DNA of 64,000 nucleotides from Lytechinus pictus. Taxonomy: Eukaryota. The stretch spans positions 26,848,001 through 26,912,000 of the forward strand of contig NC_087245.1 in NCBI RefSeq assembly GCF_037042905.1, given 5' to 3'. The notes under the pieces are model-generated. The model was not told where the DNA came from. It saw nothing but the letters and a program-made list of their open reading frames with translations, and made no database searches. How positions within the stretch are numbered: the first letter of the stretch is position 1; each line of letters starts with the position of its first letter. A program made the translations under genes and the position numbers. Below, in pieces: positions 28,201 to 41,000 of the stretch.

Positions 28201-30659
28201 AAAGAAATAGTAAGATAGTTATGTCATCGCTCCCCTCATTGACCAGGATGTGCATATAACTGTTTTCTGTAATTAAGATAAACTTGAAAATGTCATAACT
28301 TGTTTATTTTACATCCGATTATGATAAAAAAAAATCAAGTGTTTTGCTTGTTGGATTTTTCTCTTTTTATTCAAATCAACTTTTTGTTCGGGTGGACTTG
28401 TCCTTTAACTGCTCATAAGCCACTTATTTCATACGGTTTTATAATTTTTGGCCACACATCTATAGGCCTACTGTTTCCTAATCCCAGTGCCTCCCCTCCT
28501 ACGAGGTGGTCGTATTCTCAATTCGTCTAACGTCACCATGGTTAAACCCATTTGGTTTGCTATCAATTACAATGATTAGGCCTAGTAGGTCTGATTGCCG
28601 TTTGATGCGTCCAACCATTGTAGGTCCAATTAGGTCTAATACTCACTTGATTTGTCATTTATTCTAATGCCAATATAGTCTTATTTCAATTTAGTGTACT
28701 TATTACTTTGTACTTGTAGACCAATCCTCGTTTTACTTATAACTTTCCCTCGCTCCTTTTTAAAGGGGGAGTGAACTGTGTGGTCTCTCATTGACTGTGT
28801 GTTATATATGTATAGTCTTAAAATATACGTTTTCAGATATCTACTAATACTACAGAGAATAAATTGACCCATATTGTATTTGTATAGAGAAACTAAAACG
28901 TTTTGAGAGGAAAAGTAATTGTTTTGCTACTTGGTAACATAATTATTGCGGTATAAATGTATTGAGTAGTTAATTAGCATGTTATAATTCAAGTGGGTCT
29001 ATACTAGTATACTACATTAGCATTATGGGTCAGGCCAGGTATGAGTAGTTGAGGACTCGAGATGGCACTATTGGTGCGTATCTGCTTTAAGATCGAAAAT
29101 GGTATCAGTGCAATAAAATTTTACAATTTGCTATCTGATGCATAATATAGTACCAAAAATAAACTTAAAGCTAAAATGATGAAATGAGGTTTATCTTGTT
29201 TGGCTCCAGATGTTTTAAAAGTCACTTTTTTATTTTTACCATTCTGTTAATTTCAGCTGAGAGGCGTGGCATCATACATTCAAGATCGTACATCAGCGGC
29301 TGCAAGCAACACAGATTCTCTTGCAGGACGGCTAAAAGATTACCTAGCTAACCTTGACTCCCCTATTGCACAGCCAGAGGACGCTTGGCGGTTTATGTTA
29401 GACATATTTTTGGCAGGCAGGACCATCGTTGCTGAAGGACTCGCTTATATTATTTACCGCCTTGCTGAAGATCAGGACCTTCAGAACAGGGTAATTTTTT
29501 TTTCGATACGTTTTTATAGGCCTGATCCCATTTGACCATGGAGGTAGCATGATTTGACTAAAAATTTAGATGATGGTTCAGCGGTAGAACGCCCGCCTCA
29601 GAACGGGAGGTCGCGGGTTCGATATATTTTTTAAACAGAAAAAAAGTTTTATTAATGATCCGTCAACACCGCTAAATGCTAAAATAGTAAATACAAGCAA
29701 AGAAATACAAACGTTTTGTCTAACTTCTTTCTATTATTATTTTTCCCACTTTTTCCCCCTCTCTGTTTTTATATATTTATCCCTCAGATTCGTCAGGAAA
29801 TCAATGAACTTGATTCTGACGTCACTTACGAAGATCGCTTGAAGATTCCACGCACGATGTCTTTCCTCTACGAGATTCTCCGCGCCCACACATTGATTCC
29901 ATTTGGACTGACACATGTGGCGACCGCTGATGGGAAAATAGGTGGCTTCGATATAAAGAAGAACACCAGGATCATTCCAAACCTGTATGCCATACATAAC
30001 AACCCGGACGATTGGAAAAACCCTGACGTCTTCAATGCCACGAGGTTTCTGCGATGGAATGGCGAAGAACTGACGTTTGACCCGATATCTGTCAATGCCA
30101 GTAGAGTGACAGCATTTTCTGCGGGTGAGTCTTTTTCTAAAGAGACAGGTAATCCACAGTTATACTTGCGTGGAAACAAAATAATCCACAGTAACTGAAA
30201 ATGTGTATTGCATTATTTATGTGTAACTCGTATATCACATTCTGTCTCAAGTGCTTTACCTGGCTTTTAGTCAATACGATCTCTGCAACAGGGATCACTC
30301 TGACAACATTGATAAATTGGGCTGATCCCAAATATTTTTATTATTGTTTTATCAAAGGATGAAGCCGAATTTTCAATGACAACCATACAGCTTTACCCAA
30401 ACCAGATTTCTAATAATTTGTGTTTAATTTCACTCCTATTTCACTCTCTCTTGTCCAACCCTTTGATATCCATGCAGGGAGAAGATCCTGTCCAGGAGAG
30501 CTGATCCCCCGGATGACTTTCCTCAAAACTACCCTAAGCCTGCTCCGACATTTCCGAATTACTCTGTCGTCGGAAATAAAATTCGATATCGAAGAAAATT
30601 TCAGTGCGTTCTTCTTGAAGTCACGGGAATATCAAGCTGTCTTTGAGCCCCTTTTGTGA
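19238..30659 (+). CDS. Cytochrome P450, probably clan 2, atypical, ~515 aa; exons 19238-19489, 20107-20317, 27343-27674, 29257-29490, 29788-30124, 30478-30659
   Basis: All introns GT-AG with compatible phases (0,1,0,0,1) and a stop-free 1548-nt ORF. PPGP hinge, DIFLAG I-helix, EILR (ExxR), heme motif FSAGRRSCPG across exons 5/6. Confidence 0.92.
20527..20723. mobile_element. Short MITE with CACTC...GAGTG termini flanked by TA (CMC/EnSpm-like)
   Basis: TIR CACTCTTAAAAATGTTGGGCAACAT / ATGTTGCCCAACATTTTAAGAGTG. Confidence 0.75.
21235..24300. repeat. Two degenerate ~40-bp GGCGCC-module arrays in opposite orientation (~21235-22270 and ~23600-24300)
   Basis: Right unit ~AAATCGGCGCCGGTCAAGAATAATCAGCGCCATCTGGTTAT; reverse-complement-related units on the left. 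Confidence 0.7.
23059..23397. repeat. 53-bp minisatellite, ~6 copies
   Basis: Unit GATCCAAGATCTTGTCATCTGATCATCTCTCCCACAGGATGTAGACATGACGA (e.g. starts at 23232 and 23285). Confidence 0.85.
25137..26024. mobile_element. hAT-type MITE (family with 48715-49936 and 51859-52750)
   Basis: TIR CAGAGGCGTCGATCC / GGACCGACGCCCCTG. Near-perfect 8-bp TSD TGTATAAA/TGTATATA. Confidence 0.8.
26718..26795 (-). mobile_element. tRNA-derived SINE head
   Basis: Minus strand: A-box-like TGGCCGAGTAA, B box GGTTCAATTCC, GTGCCG...CGGCAC pairing. Confidence 0.55.
27861..28404. mobile_element. TTAA-target (Kolobok-like) MITE
   Basis: TTAA-AGGTCAAGTCCACCC ... GGGTGGACTTGTCCT-TTAA. Confidence 0.8.
29572..29622 (+). 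mobile_element. tRNA-derived SINE fragment
   Basis: TGGTTCAGCGGTAGA (A box) ... GGGTTCGAT (partial B box). Confidence 0.55.
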
Positions 30660-30704
30660 TGGACCCATATCCTAACAAGATGAGAAGGAAGTCGGCCCTT
30701 AATG

Positions 30705-33015
30705 TAATGGAAAGTTCTATGTAGTCATACCTATGTTACACAGATTATAGTCTAGTTGCGTTGTCAAGATTTAACCATGATTTTTCTGAATGGCTTTTGA
30801 CAAATTATATTCACTTATATGCCTGGGAGTTGTTTTTTAATGAAGGCTTTCAGCATTTCGTAAAGATTTTTTCCAGGAAAATTTTGGCCATTAAAGGAAG
30901 TTTCTGAGGAGAATGACAAGCAAGTAAAAATAATAAAGAATGATGAACTAGAAAACTGTAGCACACATGTTTTTGTTGCCATATATATGTGGAATTGTTA
31001 AGACAGTGTGTACAATGAATTTCACTGATATTGCGATTTTCCTATATAGAAAATTATAAGACGTGCAAACGATATGATCACATTTTTAACCAAATTAAAA
31101 GTTAAAAGATATACATGCTTGCTATTTTGTTATCAGTTTCTAATGCGTAATTATAAATCCATCTTAGGTCTTTAAAATTAAAATCGATACATTGAAATAG
31201 TATCTTACAGTGTGGCCTTGTTGAACAAAAAGATGTTCTATATTCCCATTTATATATGCATTTTATCTTCAGAAATTTTGTAAATGAACTCCTGGGCCCC
31301 ATTTCATAAAAGTTACAGTCACGTCCATAAAATCATCAATTTTAATTGGCTATTCGAGGATGTTACCATGGTAGTGAACTGGTAGTGCATAGGGGCCCTG
31401 AAGTGAAAAATACCTAACCCAAATTAAAGGCGGGTTTGGGGGAGTTTGCCTCTCCCCTTTTCTTATTGGCAGTGAAAATAAAAACGAGAGAAAGAATTTA
31501 AAAAACAGAAGAAAGTGAAGAAAAAGAAGAAGAAGAAGGAAGGGGGGGGATAGGATTTTAAAAAAGACTATAAAGAAGGGGGCAAATGATACTGCCATTT
31601 ATAACACTTCAATTGAGTATTGTAATGAATAATGTTCCGGTTGAAATTTACTATTGTTATGAGTGTAATTGTGTTTTTTGTAAATGAAATAAAAGAAAAT
31701 TTTCATGTTCACGAAAGAATTGATTCATATACCCTTACATTTAATATACTGAGGAATTACCTCAATCATTAAGATCTATTCATCAACATTTTATCAATAT
31801 AGCAATGGCGGTGGATCCAGGAGGCCGAGGCGGCCGTCCCAAATAAGTTGCCGTTTCTGTAAACTTTGTGAATTTTAGGATAGGGAAAATATAATCTGTA
31901 AGAAAAATGACAAACATATGATATTTGCATTGAAAATTAAGAACGTGACTCTTCTTTTACAAACTGTCACACGCGACATTTGAGGATAATACAGGTACTG
32001 TAATCTCGGCTGGTTTAAGGACAACAATTTCTTGTAGTATGCTGAACTGGGTTGGTAGACCTATAGGCAAGATACATGCGAGACATCCATGACTATGACC
32101 TCTAAAAAAATATTAAATCACGATAAAACGTGACTTTTTTTTTACTAATGGAAAGTTCTATGTAGTTATACCTATGTTACACATTTTATAGTCTAGTTAC
32201 GTTGTCAAGATCTAACCATGATTTTTCTAAATGAATTTCGATTATATGCCTGGGATTTGTTTCTTTTTAAATGAAGGCTTTCAGCATTCCTTAAAGATTC
32301 TCTTTTATGGAGATTTTGGCCATTATAGGAGTTTCTGAGGAGAATGACATAATAAAAAATGATAAACTAGAAAACTACAACACGCAGGTTTTGTTAATAA
32401 AGTCTATGAAATTGTTCGAACAGTTGTGTTCAATGTAGTTCATATTACGATATACATGTATAGACAATTCCAAGACGTAAAAACGGTATAATCAAATTTC
32501 TAATTAAGAATTAAAAAAAAGGCTTGCTATTTTGTTATCAGTTTTCAATATGTGATTGTAAATCCATTTCAGCCTTCAAAGTAAAATAGATACATTGAAA
32601 TAATGTCTTACAGTGTGGTTTTATTTCTATCCTTTGTTGAATAAAAAAAGGTTCTATATTTGGAAAATGAATTCCCATGCAGGGCCCCCATTGCATAAAA
32701 GTTATAACTTCCATGAAATCGTTGATTCTGATTGGCTGTCCGAGGCTGTTGTCAAGGTAGTGAACTCATGCAATGGGGCCCTGAAAGAAGAAAATTGACC
32801 GAACCCAGATTTAGGGCCGATGGGGGGGGGGGGGGCGAACTTCCCGATCTTTTCTTATTGGCGGCGCAAATAAGAACAAGAAAATAATAGAAAAGGCAGA
32901 AGAAAGTGAAGAAGGATAAGAAGAAGAGGAGGAGGAAAAAGAAGAAAAGAAGGGCAAAAACGAAAAGAGAATACAAAGGATACAGAAAATTGAGAAGGAG
33001 GCAAATGATACAGCC
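30705..33015 (+). repeat. Diverged direct duplication of the P450 3' flank (30705-31596 and 32146-33015), with a copy of the P450 upstream block between them (31838-32087)
   Basis: Both copies start TAATGGAAAGTTCTATGTAGT and stay colinear to GGCAAATGATAC. 31838-32087 matches 15734-15983. Confidence 0.85.
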
Positions 33016-35005
33016 GCAAAACATCATTTGAAAATTGTAATTTATATTGTTCGGGTTTGTATTTGTCATGTGAAGCAGTCGTCCTAATCTGTAATTACAT
33101 GGGGTAGTTGTCTTGGATGGTAAAAACTCTCGGTGGTAATTGTCCGGGGTATTTCGCTTGTGGTAATTATCCGGGTGTACTATACTCGGGGGTAGTGATT
33201 TTAGTCACCCATGTGGTAACTTGGGTAGTAGTTGTCCGAGGTATTTGCCTGGGTGTCGATTAACCAACTCGGTTGATGTCTATGGCCGGCCGGAATTTCC
33301 CCTTAAGGTGGTACTTATTCGTGCGGGGAGGGGGGGGGGGTTGACTTGCAAGTTGGAAGTTGTCCTGGATGGAAGTGACCCTAGACAACACTACGCATAT
33401 TGACTTGAGAAAGATTATTCTAAACACCCCATGTTATCGTCTTGAACATATTGTTATCTCTCTCGGCAGGAAACACTGTGAGTGTGAAGCACGGGCGAAA
33501 TTTTTAATTTTAAATAATGACCTGAAGTTTTTCTTTCTTTCTTATTATTTCCCTCACCTTATTTAATTATATTGGCTTCGTCTTTCTTTTTTCTATCTTT
33601 CTTCTTTTTCTACCCTCCTTCCCTTATTTGCGCGGCCAATAGAGGGGGTGGGGCAGTTGCTTCGCCCCCTTCCCCTGGATCCGCCAATAACCGCCTCCAA
33701 CGGTAGGGAGGGACTTCGTGTAAAAACAGAATATAAAAGTCACGTTTATACGGCATTCGAAAACATATTTCTTGGGAATTAAACTTAAAAATCTCCGCGA
33801 AGGACAATAAACATGACTTAAAAAAATAATCGTTTTAAGTATGTGAGCAAGGAAAATTATTCCTACATTGCAAGAAAACGTAGAAAAGAAAAATGTAGGG
33901 TTAAATAAAATGTACGTTTCCCGGGGAATGGGGTATACTTGTTGACGGACGTGAGGCTACCATCTATACACTAAATTCACTTATAAGTATATCCTGCCCC
34001 ATTTGTTGCGAAAAGTTTCATTTTTTTAATGATATTTACAATTTAAGAAAAGAAACTTGCCGTCACCTCTTATTTTGTCTTCAAATAAGTAAACATTTTC
34101 TTTATTTTTAGGGTCCACATGCATGGGAAAATTATTTTCCCCTATGCCCCCCCCCCCCCTCCCCATTCCGGCACATATATTAAACATCTACTTTGGAACC
34201 TTTCCATAAAGGTTCTTCATACGGCAGTTGAGCACGTAAAGAAGTTTTTGGGGTACCCTTCTCCAGAGTTCCAAATACAGGAAAAAAAGGGTTTAATTCG
34301 CACCTTTTTCCTAAGAATGAATTGTTATGATTGTTATGGCAAAAGTGGTAATGATCAAGTTTTGCGGTATTTTTAATAATTCTTCGAGTGTAAGTCGACA
34401 AAGCGTTATAGGCCTACATCATATTCATATTCTCACAAGCCTATACGGGCAGACCAATCGATATGATGGTTTTGTAATGTGTAAATATTGTCACATCTTG
34501 TAGAGATTGACATACCGCCAGATGTTTAGGAGAATATCAAACACTATTGGAAAATCTCAAATCTTGACAGTCGGCTTAACAAATACGAAGTGATTTACAG
34601 AATAAATCAATTGGGATCTCTCCCACTGTCAAATTTTCAAACAAATCAAAATTCTAATTTACTAACGCCTGCACACAGATTACAAATTCATGACAAAGTT
34701 GTTTGCCCCTTCAGACAATGCCATTCCCTTTCCCTTAAAAGTATGGCATTGGAAACAGCTTTGTCTGTATAGGATTTTAGAAGAGTACAAAATAGGGGCG
34801 AGTAAAGAAATATGAGATATACACTAATATGTACACGTTTTCAAGAGCCTCTTAAAATCGTGATTTGGCAGAAGTCATCTGATCATTAATGACAGAAACG
34901 GAGATCTAATGTGGCACGGTTAATTGGAATGCTTTGACTCAATCAGAAGCCTTCGTTACTCCTTCATCTTGTTTCATTTTAGGAAGTGAATAACCTGAAA
35001 ATAAC

Positions 35006-38000
35006 ATGGCGTTTGTTATTTTCTTCATAGGTCTATTCTTCCCTCGTGTTGCATATTCTGGTAAGTTTAAGAGACCCGTCGCATATGCATTTATTTAACA
35101 AAAATAAAAATGTTCATGTACGTTTAATTTTGTATGTTTGTCTTGAAGTTTAAACCTGATTTTAGTGACTGGAGTACATATCAAACTTCGAAATAAAATG
35201 TTCTTGAGAGGGATTTATTTTTATATTTACTATTGAAAAAAGACAAATTCGGCTATTTTTTATTATCATTGACTGAATGGATATGCGGCTGCATTTATCG
35301 TTATCATTTTATAAGTAGGTAGATAAAAAAGGGCGACGAGCTCATTAATTGATTGATTAGTTGGTTGAACGTCATAACCATCACATCATCTACTGTTTCT
35401 TCGTCGACGTCATCATCACCACCACCTTCATCATCACCATCATCATTATCATCATACTCATCATCGTCATCACCACCATCATCATCTCATCATCATCATC
35501 ACCATCTTCGGGGACCTATGGGTGACGAACTCATTAATTGATTGATTAGTTGGTTGATCGTCATCAACATCACACCATCATCAACTGTTTCTTCGTCGAC
35601 GTCATCATCACCACCACCATCATCATCACCATCATCATTATCATCATACTCAACATCACCATCACCATCATTATCATCATCATCACCACCATCATCATCT
35701 CATCATCACCATCATCATCATCATCTCGTTGCACCCGGTCAGAGGAAGTCGGGTCTTCTCGTCACCCTCCTCCACGCACTTCGATTATTCATCTATTCCA
35801 GATCCACTTTTTATGTCCTCTTCTTTATTAACTGTTTATAGAATAGCAATCGGACTTTTTGACAAATAATCCCCCGCCAGAGGGGGACAGAGGGCAGCCA
35901 CCTATTATATGATTTATCAATTGATGGAATAAAATAGGGAAAGGGGGAAGAGGGACGCAAAGGAATAAAGCTAATACCATATACCTCTGTTTGTGTCGAA
36001 ATTTACATCACCTTTAGGTCATCCCATACCCTCTTTTATTTCAAAATACCATGGCGCCACCCTGGTTATATCCATCAATATTTTTTCATTGACTAATTCT
36101 GCTTTGTCTGCATATAATTATACAGCTATCATTGCCCGTCCCGCGGATCTCATTGATAACTGTCAATCATTTGAAACCGGTGACGATCTGAGCTACAATT
36201 GGGTGCTTCCTCGTCTCAGTCATGACGTGAAATTCGTCAAGTTTGAGGTGAGGGCTGAGCATGGAGCTCTAATCGGACTATCAAGACAAAATATGGTCCT
36301 GGATTCAATGTACGAAATCGGTAAGATGGTGTCTTGCTTTCGATATTTCATGATATAGAGTCAAAGAATAAGCAGGTTGATAACGAAAATGAAATGAGAA
36401 AAGATTACATATCTTCTAATGTAATCTTGTTTACTTTTCTAGTTTCTTGATAGGGACCTCCCCCCCCCCCAAAAAAAAAAAAGAGTCAAGAACAAAATGC
36501 ATTTACTTAGCACAATGTTCATACTTGGTTGGAATTTGGGATGCATGCGAGGAATCGGTGAATGGACGGCATGAATAGTAATTAGTACTATGAAAAAGGC
36601 ATGGAAATTAATTTGTCTTTTACAATCAAAGCGTTCATGAAATTAGATTACTTTTAATTAAACTCATGTTTTAATCATTCAACACCTGCTTTGTTGGAAA
36701 AGGGGAAATATATAACTTTTCACAATAGACGTGTATTTTTTTGCAGATGAATTGAATGTATCCTTATCTTCGATTTTTGTTAAATTTAATTCACGATTGT
36801 AAAGTATACATATACCAAACTGATTTTAAACCTACATTTTTATATCTCCGGATAAACTCCTAATTGTGTCTCTAGTATAGTAATTACGTAAGAAAATTGC
36901 ATTTTTAAACAATGGTGTTGTTATATTACTTCTAAATTTCCAAGAAATTGGAGCCAACTTCAACTCAAGGTCTATCATCCGCCGGTGTCGTCAGTGCATC
37001 GCAACTGCAGTCGACAACGAACCGGGCCGGTTGAGTGGAACCGAATCGCGGATGTTTTGGATACTCGTTTACCAGGGAATCGTGGCAGTCGGTTCCGACA
37101 ACTCTTTGGATCCGTTCTTGGTATGGATAGACCGGTATCCGCTTGAAATCAATCATGTCGGGTTTACAACAGGTGGCGTTGCAGGCTGGTGGAAGTTTTC
37201 AAAATATCCAGGTGACACGAAAATCATTATTTACAATTTGTCTTGTGATACTTCGGTGATGTTTTGTTCCTTTCTTTGTTTATTGTTTTTCCCCTCTCTA
37301 TTAGTCTAATTTCAAACTAGAAAGAACACAGTAGCCAAGTGTGTTCAGAGTGTGGATTCACAGTGTGGAACACAAGAGAAATCACCTTAACATTTTAAAA
37401 TTTTAGCACGTAAACAGTGTGAATCAAATATTTACACAGTCGAACAGTCACACAGTCAAGGTGTCCACAGTGTGTATATTTCTTCACACTGTTGAATTTT
37501 GGCACACTATGTGATCACACTTTGTTACACTGTGTTCTGTCCAGCAGGATTAAGTTTCTTATGTCATAAAAAGAGATTCACTCTTATTTACCAAGTGTAA
37601 ATCTACACAGTTCCATTGTTTTCAATGAAAGAATCAACCAAACTATTCCCTAATCTATCATCGATTCCTCCAGGAACTTTCACATACTCAACTACAGGAG
37701 ATAACTGCGTTGTGTATCCATTTGTAAATATTCCGAATGGGGATTTCGAGATTGACTTCTCACTCAAGTGGAAGGGTACAGCTGCACTGGAACTAGCTGA
37801 AGAACAAAACTCAAAGAATTGTTACTTTATTGGTAAGTGTATCATGCAAATCTATGTTTGTTTTATTGTGGAGAGGGGGTACAGTTGAGCCCCCACAAGT
37901 GGTATTATGGGGGTGTATGATCTTTAAATTTGAGTAATAGCCAAGTGAAAATACAAAAACAAGAATAAAAAGAATAAAGCAGTTATAAGAATATGTGGAA

Positions 38001-41000
38001 ATAATTTTCTTTAGGTCTTAGTGTAGCTATACATTTATTTTCGATTTTGAAAAATAAGTTATACTTGCGTTTGGGGGAACTCCGATTCTTTCACAGTACA
38101 CTGTCACCGCCCTGCTTACTGCGTGGCCCATGCATGATTTTTTAAAAATAAAATTGTCCACAAACTTGTATCATCTTTCAGACTTTCACTTGGCTACTGA
38201 CTGAAATGTATCTTCTGACGTCCCTGAACAATTTCTAATATATATATATATATATATATAATTCAAACTTGGGTCCTATAAAGAGGTATTTAAAATCTGT
38301 AAAAGTGCGCTAAAGGGGGTAGGGGAAGGCGGGGTAAGTTGATCATAGGGGCAAGTTGAGCCACCACCCCCAGGCCAATAATGAATGAGTCAGATTTTGT
38401 GCTGGTGACATGCATAGATGACCCATTACATAACCCTAAACCCCACCACATTGTTTTCAACTTTGAAACAAAAAGTACTTTTTTAGAGGAAAAAATACTA
38501 ATTTCAGCCAAAAGAGTAAAAAAGGGTGTGAAATAGATCAGTGCTTTTTACCGACACACGTCTCTAAATATGATAAAGAAATAAGAACAGTATTGTTAGT
38601 CCAGGTATGGATTCTCATTCTTGACATAGTCTTTTACATGATGGATGCATAAGAAATGTGTGGATGTGAAAATATCGCATAAGTTCGGACTGGGGTAATT
38701 TGTGCTAGCCAACATGGGGCAAGTTGAGCCACGGTAATTCTTATGGTAATGTATAACAATAAAATAAAAAAAACCTTAAAAAGCCATTGATATGCAGGCA
38801 GAACGGAGTAAATTCACATGACATTTCTTTTACTTTTAGAGGATGTTAGTATTTATAGAGAATTAGCAAGTGAAAATACTTTAAATAACAAAATGACTTG
38901 CCGGTTCTTCCCGCATACATTTCGTACATGGTTTTTGTGGCTCAACTTACCCCACAGATGGAGCAAGTTTGACATCGTTTTTTCAAAGGTCACAATGACT
39001 TTCAGTGTGGGGGTAGAAAGTTATATATAGGTGAAAAATATTTCCCATGAATCAAATTTAAAGGCAAGGTACTTAATACTACAATATTATTATATTATCA
39101 TATCAATTCTAACATGCAAAATGCAAAAAGTGTCACAACTTACCCCGCCTTCCCCTATCATTTACTTTGTGTATTATGACACTTCGCCATTAGTCCACAA
39201 GAAATGATTGTAAACATTGTGCGTACGTAGAATTAAAAAAAAAAGAATTATACTTTACTCCAATCCAATCCAGTCAAAAGGCCATTTGAGAAAGATTTTC
39301 CTTTCGATTACAAACCTCTGCGCATACACTATTCCATGTTTGGGTCGCTAAATCAATAATTAAACACTTCAGAATAATCAGCTTAGTCCATGCAATTCAT
39401 TGTCCCCTGCAGCAAAATTGATGATACTCTCAAACGAAATTCTGGAAAAAGCATCTACATTTATTATGATTTATTTTGCCTCAGACACTTAAATAATTCT
39501 CAGATATATAAATGAATTTATATTCTTAAAAGATCAGTGTATATATGGGTTTTAAGTCCTATTTTCTTGTATTTGTAGGAATTGATGATGCAGATACGAA
39601 TACATTTGATAGTACTGCTTTGTATTGCATTCTACCATTTCTATGGATATAATATTTTATAAACTGCACATTGTATTACGAAGTCTTTGTTCATGCGGAA
39701 AATGAATACGACCTCTCGGCCGAAATCCGCATCAACGAGCATCCAGTTGCCTCGACCACCTACTCGCCCCGCCAATCGATAGAAAGTGAAGATCCGGTAA
39801 ACTTCTATGTTAGGGTGGAGGATGAAATCCTTCAAGTTGGTGAGAGGTACCGGGAGCCTTTCCTGGAGTTACCAGGAGTAAATACGTCTCTTATTCGGCA
39901 CCTGGGCTTTTCTTCCTTTGTCTCCGATTCCGCTGATTGGTATTTTCCCGATATGGTTCCGGATGTCATTGGTAACTACGATTCTTAATATTTTATCTGT
40001 TGATTTCCTTCTGTTTGTCTTTCTTCGTCTGTATATCGGTATCGTTATCATCCCTCTCTTTTCCATAATTATGTACATGAGGTATATCTCTGTTGGTCTC
40101 GGCTGTCTATATGTCTCTATCTGATGTTATAATCTTTGTTCTGCTTGTAGGTCTATAACATATCTTGGTCTCCCTTTGTTGTCATTTGTCTGTATATTTC
40201 TCTATGTATGTACATGTATGTATCAATCTGAGCTTTTCTGTTTATATCTGTATGCATGTCTGTCTGTCTGTATGTCCCATTTCGCTATATAGCCCTTCAC
40301 TCAGTTCTCCTAATTGCTTCATGTTTCTTTCTTCTGTAAAAGGAAGTATCAATACAACTCATAGATTACAAACAATGAAGCGAGAGGTAAACAGTTCAAT
40401 TGAGACAGGTGATGAATAACGATGAGAAAAAATGAGAGTGGACAAATAGGAAAGAAGGAAAATTAGTATGAAAGAGAGATAGATTTATCTATTACCCCTA
40501 CTTTTTATTCCGAGCTATGAATCTAACTCACTTTTGGCTTGTCTTGTCCCCCTTTCAATAATTATACGCAATCACTGTTTTCTGCTAAGGAATATAATTT
40601 TATATTGATTTTACAGGATATGCAAAGTCCCTGGCAAACGTAGAAGACTGTCTTTGTTATCGAGGTGAGATATTCAAGATTTTCCTCGTCATTGTCGCTG
40701 GCCTTTGACGTCTAGTCCTAGGCCTCGGGGTATGATGTCAAACGAGACCAGGGTATCATTTCAGAAATAAGATATCGATAATAATTGTAAAAAAAATTCT
40801 GACTATTTTATTTTTCACGGAACATCATCTGCAGTAATTCTCTATCTTGGCATTGACCTCGATGACAATTATGTGGCATTGGATTTGGCCTTGTCTTTGG
40901 GATTAGAAGTCTAATCCTTTTTATCAGCCTTGGAGGTCTGAGGAACTCGTTAAACAAAATCATCAGTAAATATAGTGATGATGATAATGATATTGATGAT

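Noticed and set aside
33095..33375. GGGTAGTTGTCC-like degenerate short repeats
   Set aside because: Looks like a decayed subterminal array of a common repeat; no termini could be defined.
35353..35841. Poly-Ser/His or poly-Ile ORFs
   Set aside because: (CAT)n microsatellite in an intronic tandem duplication.
39579..39683. Stronger-looking upstream acceptor for FAMeT exon 5
   Set aside because: It introduces an in-frame TAA; the 39684 acceptor keeps the frame.
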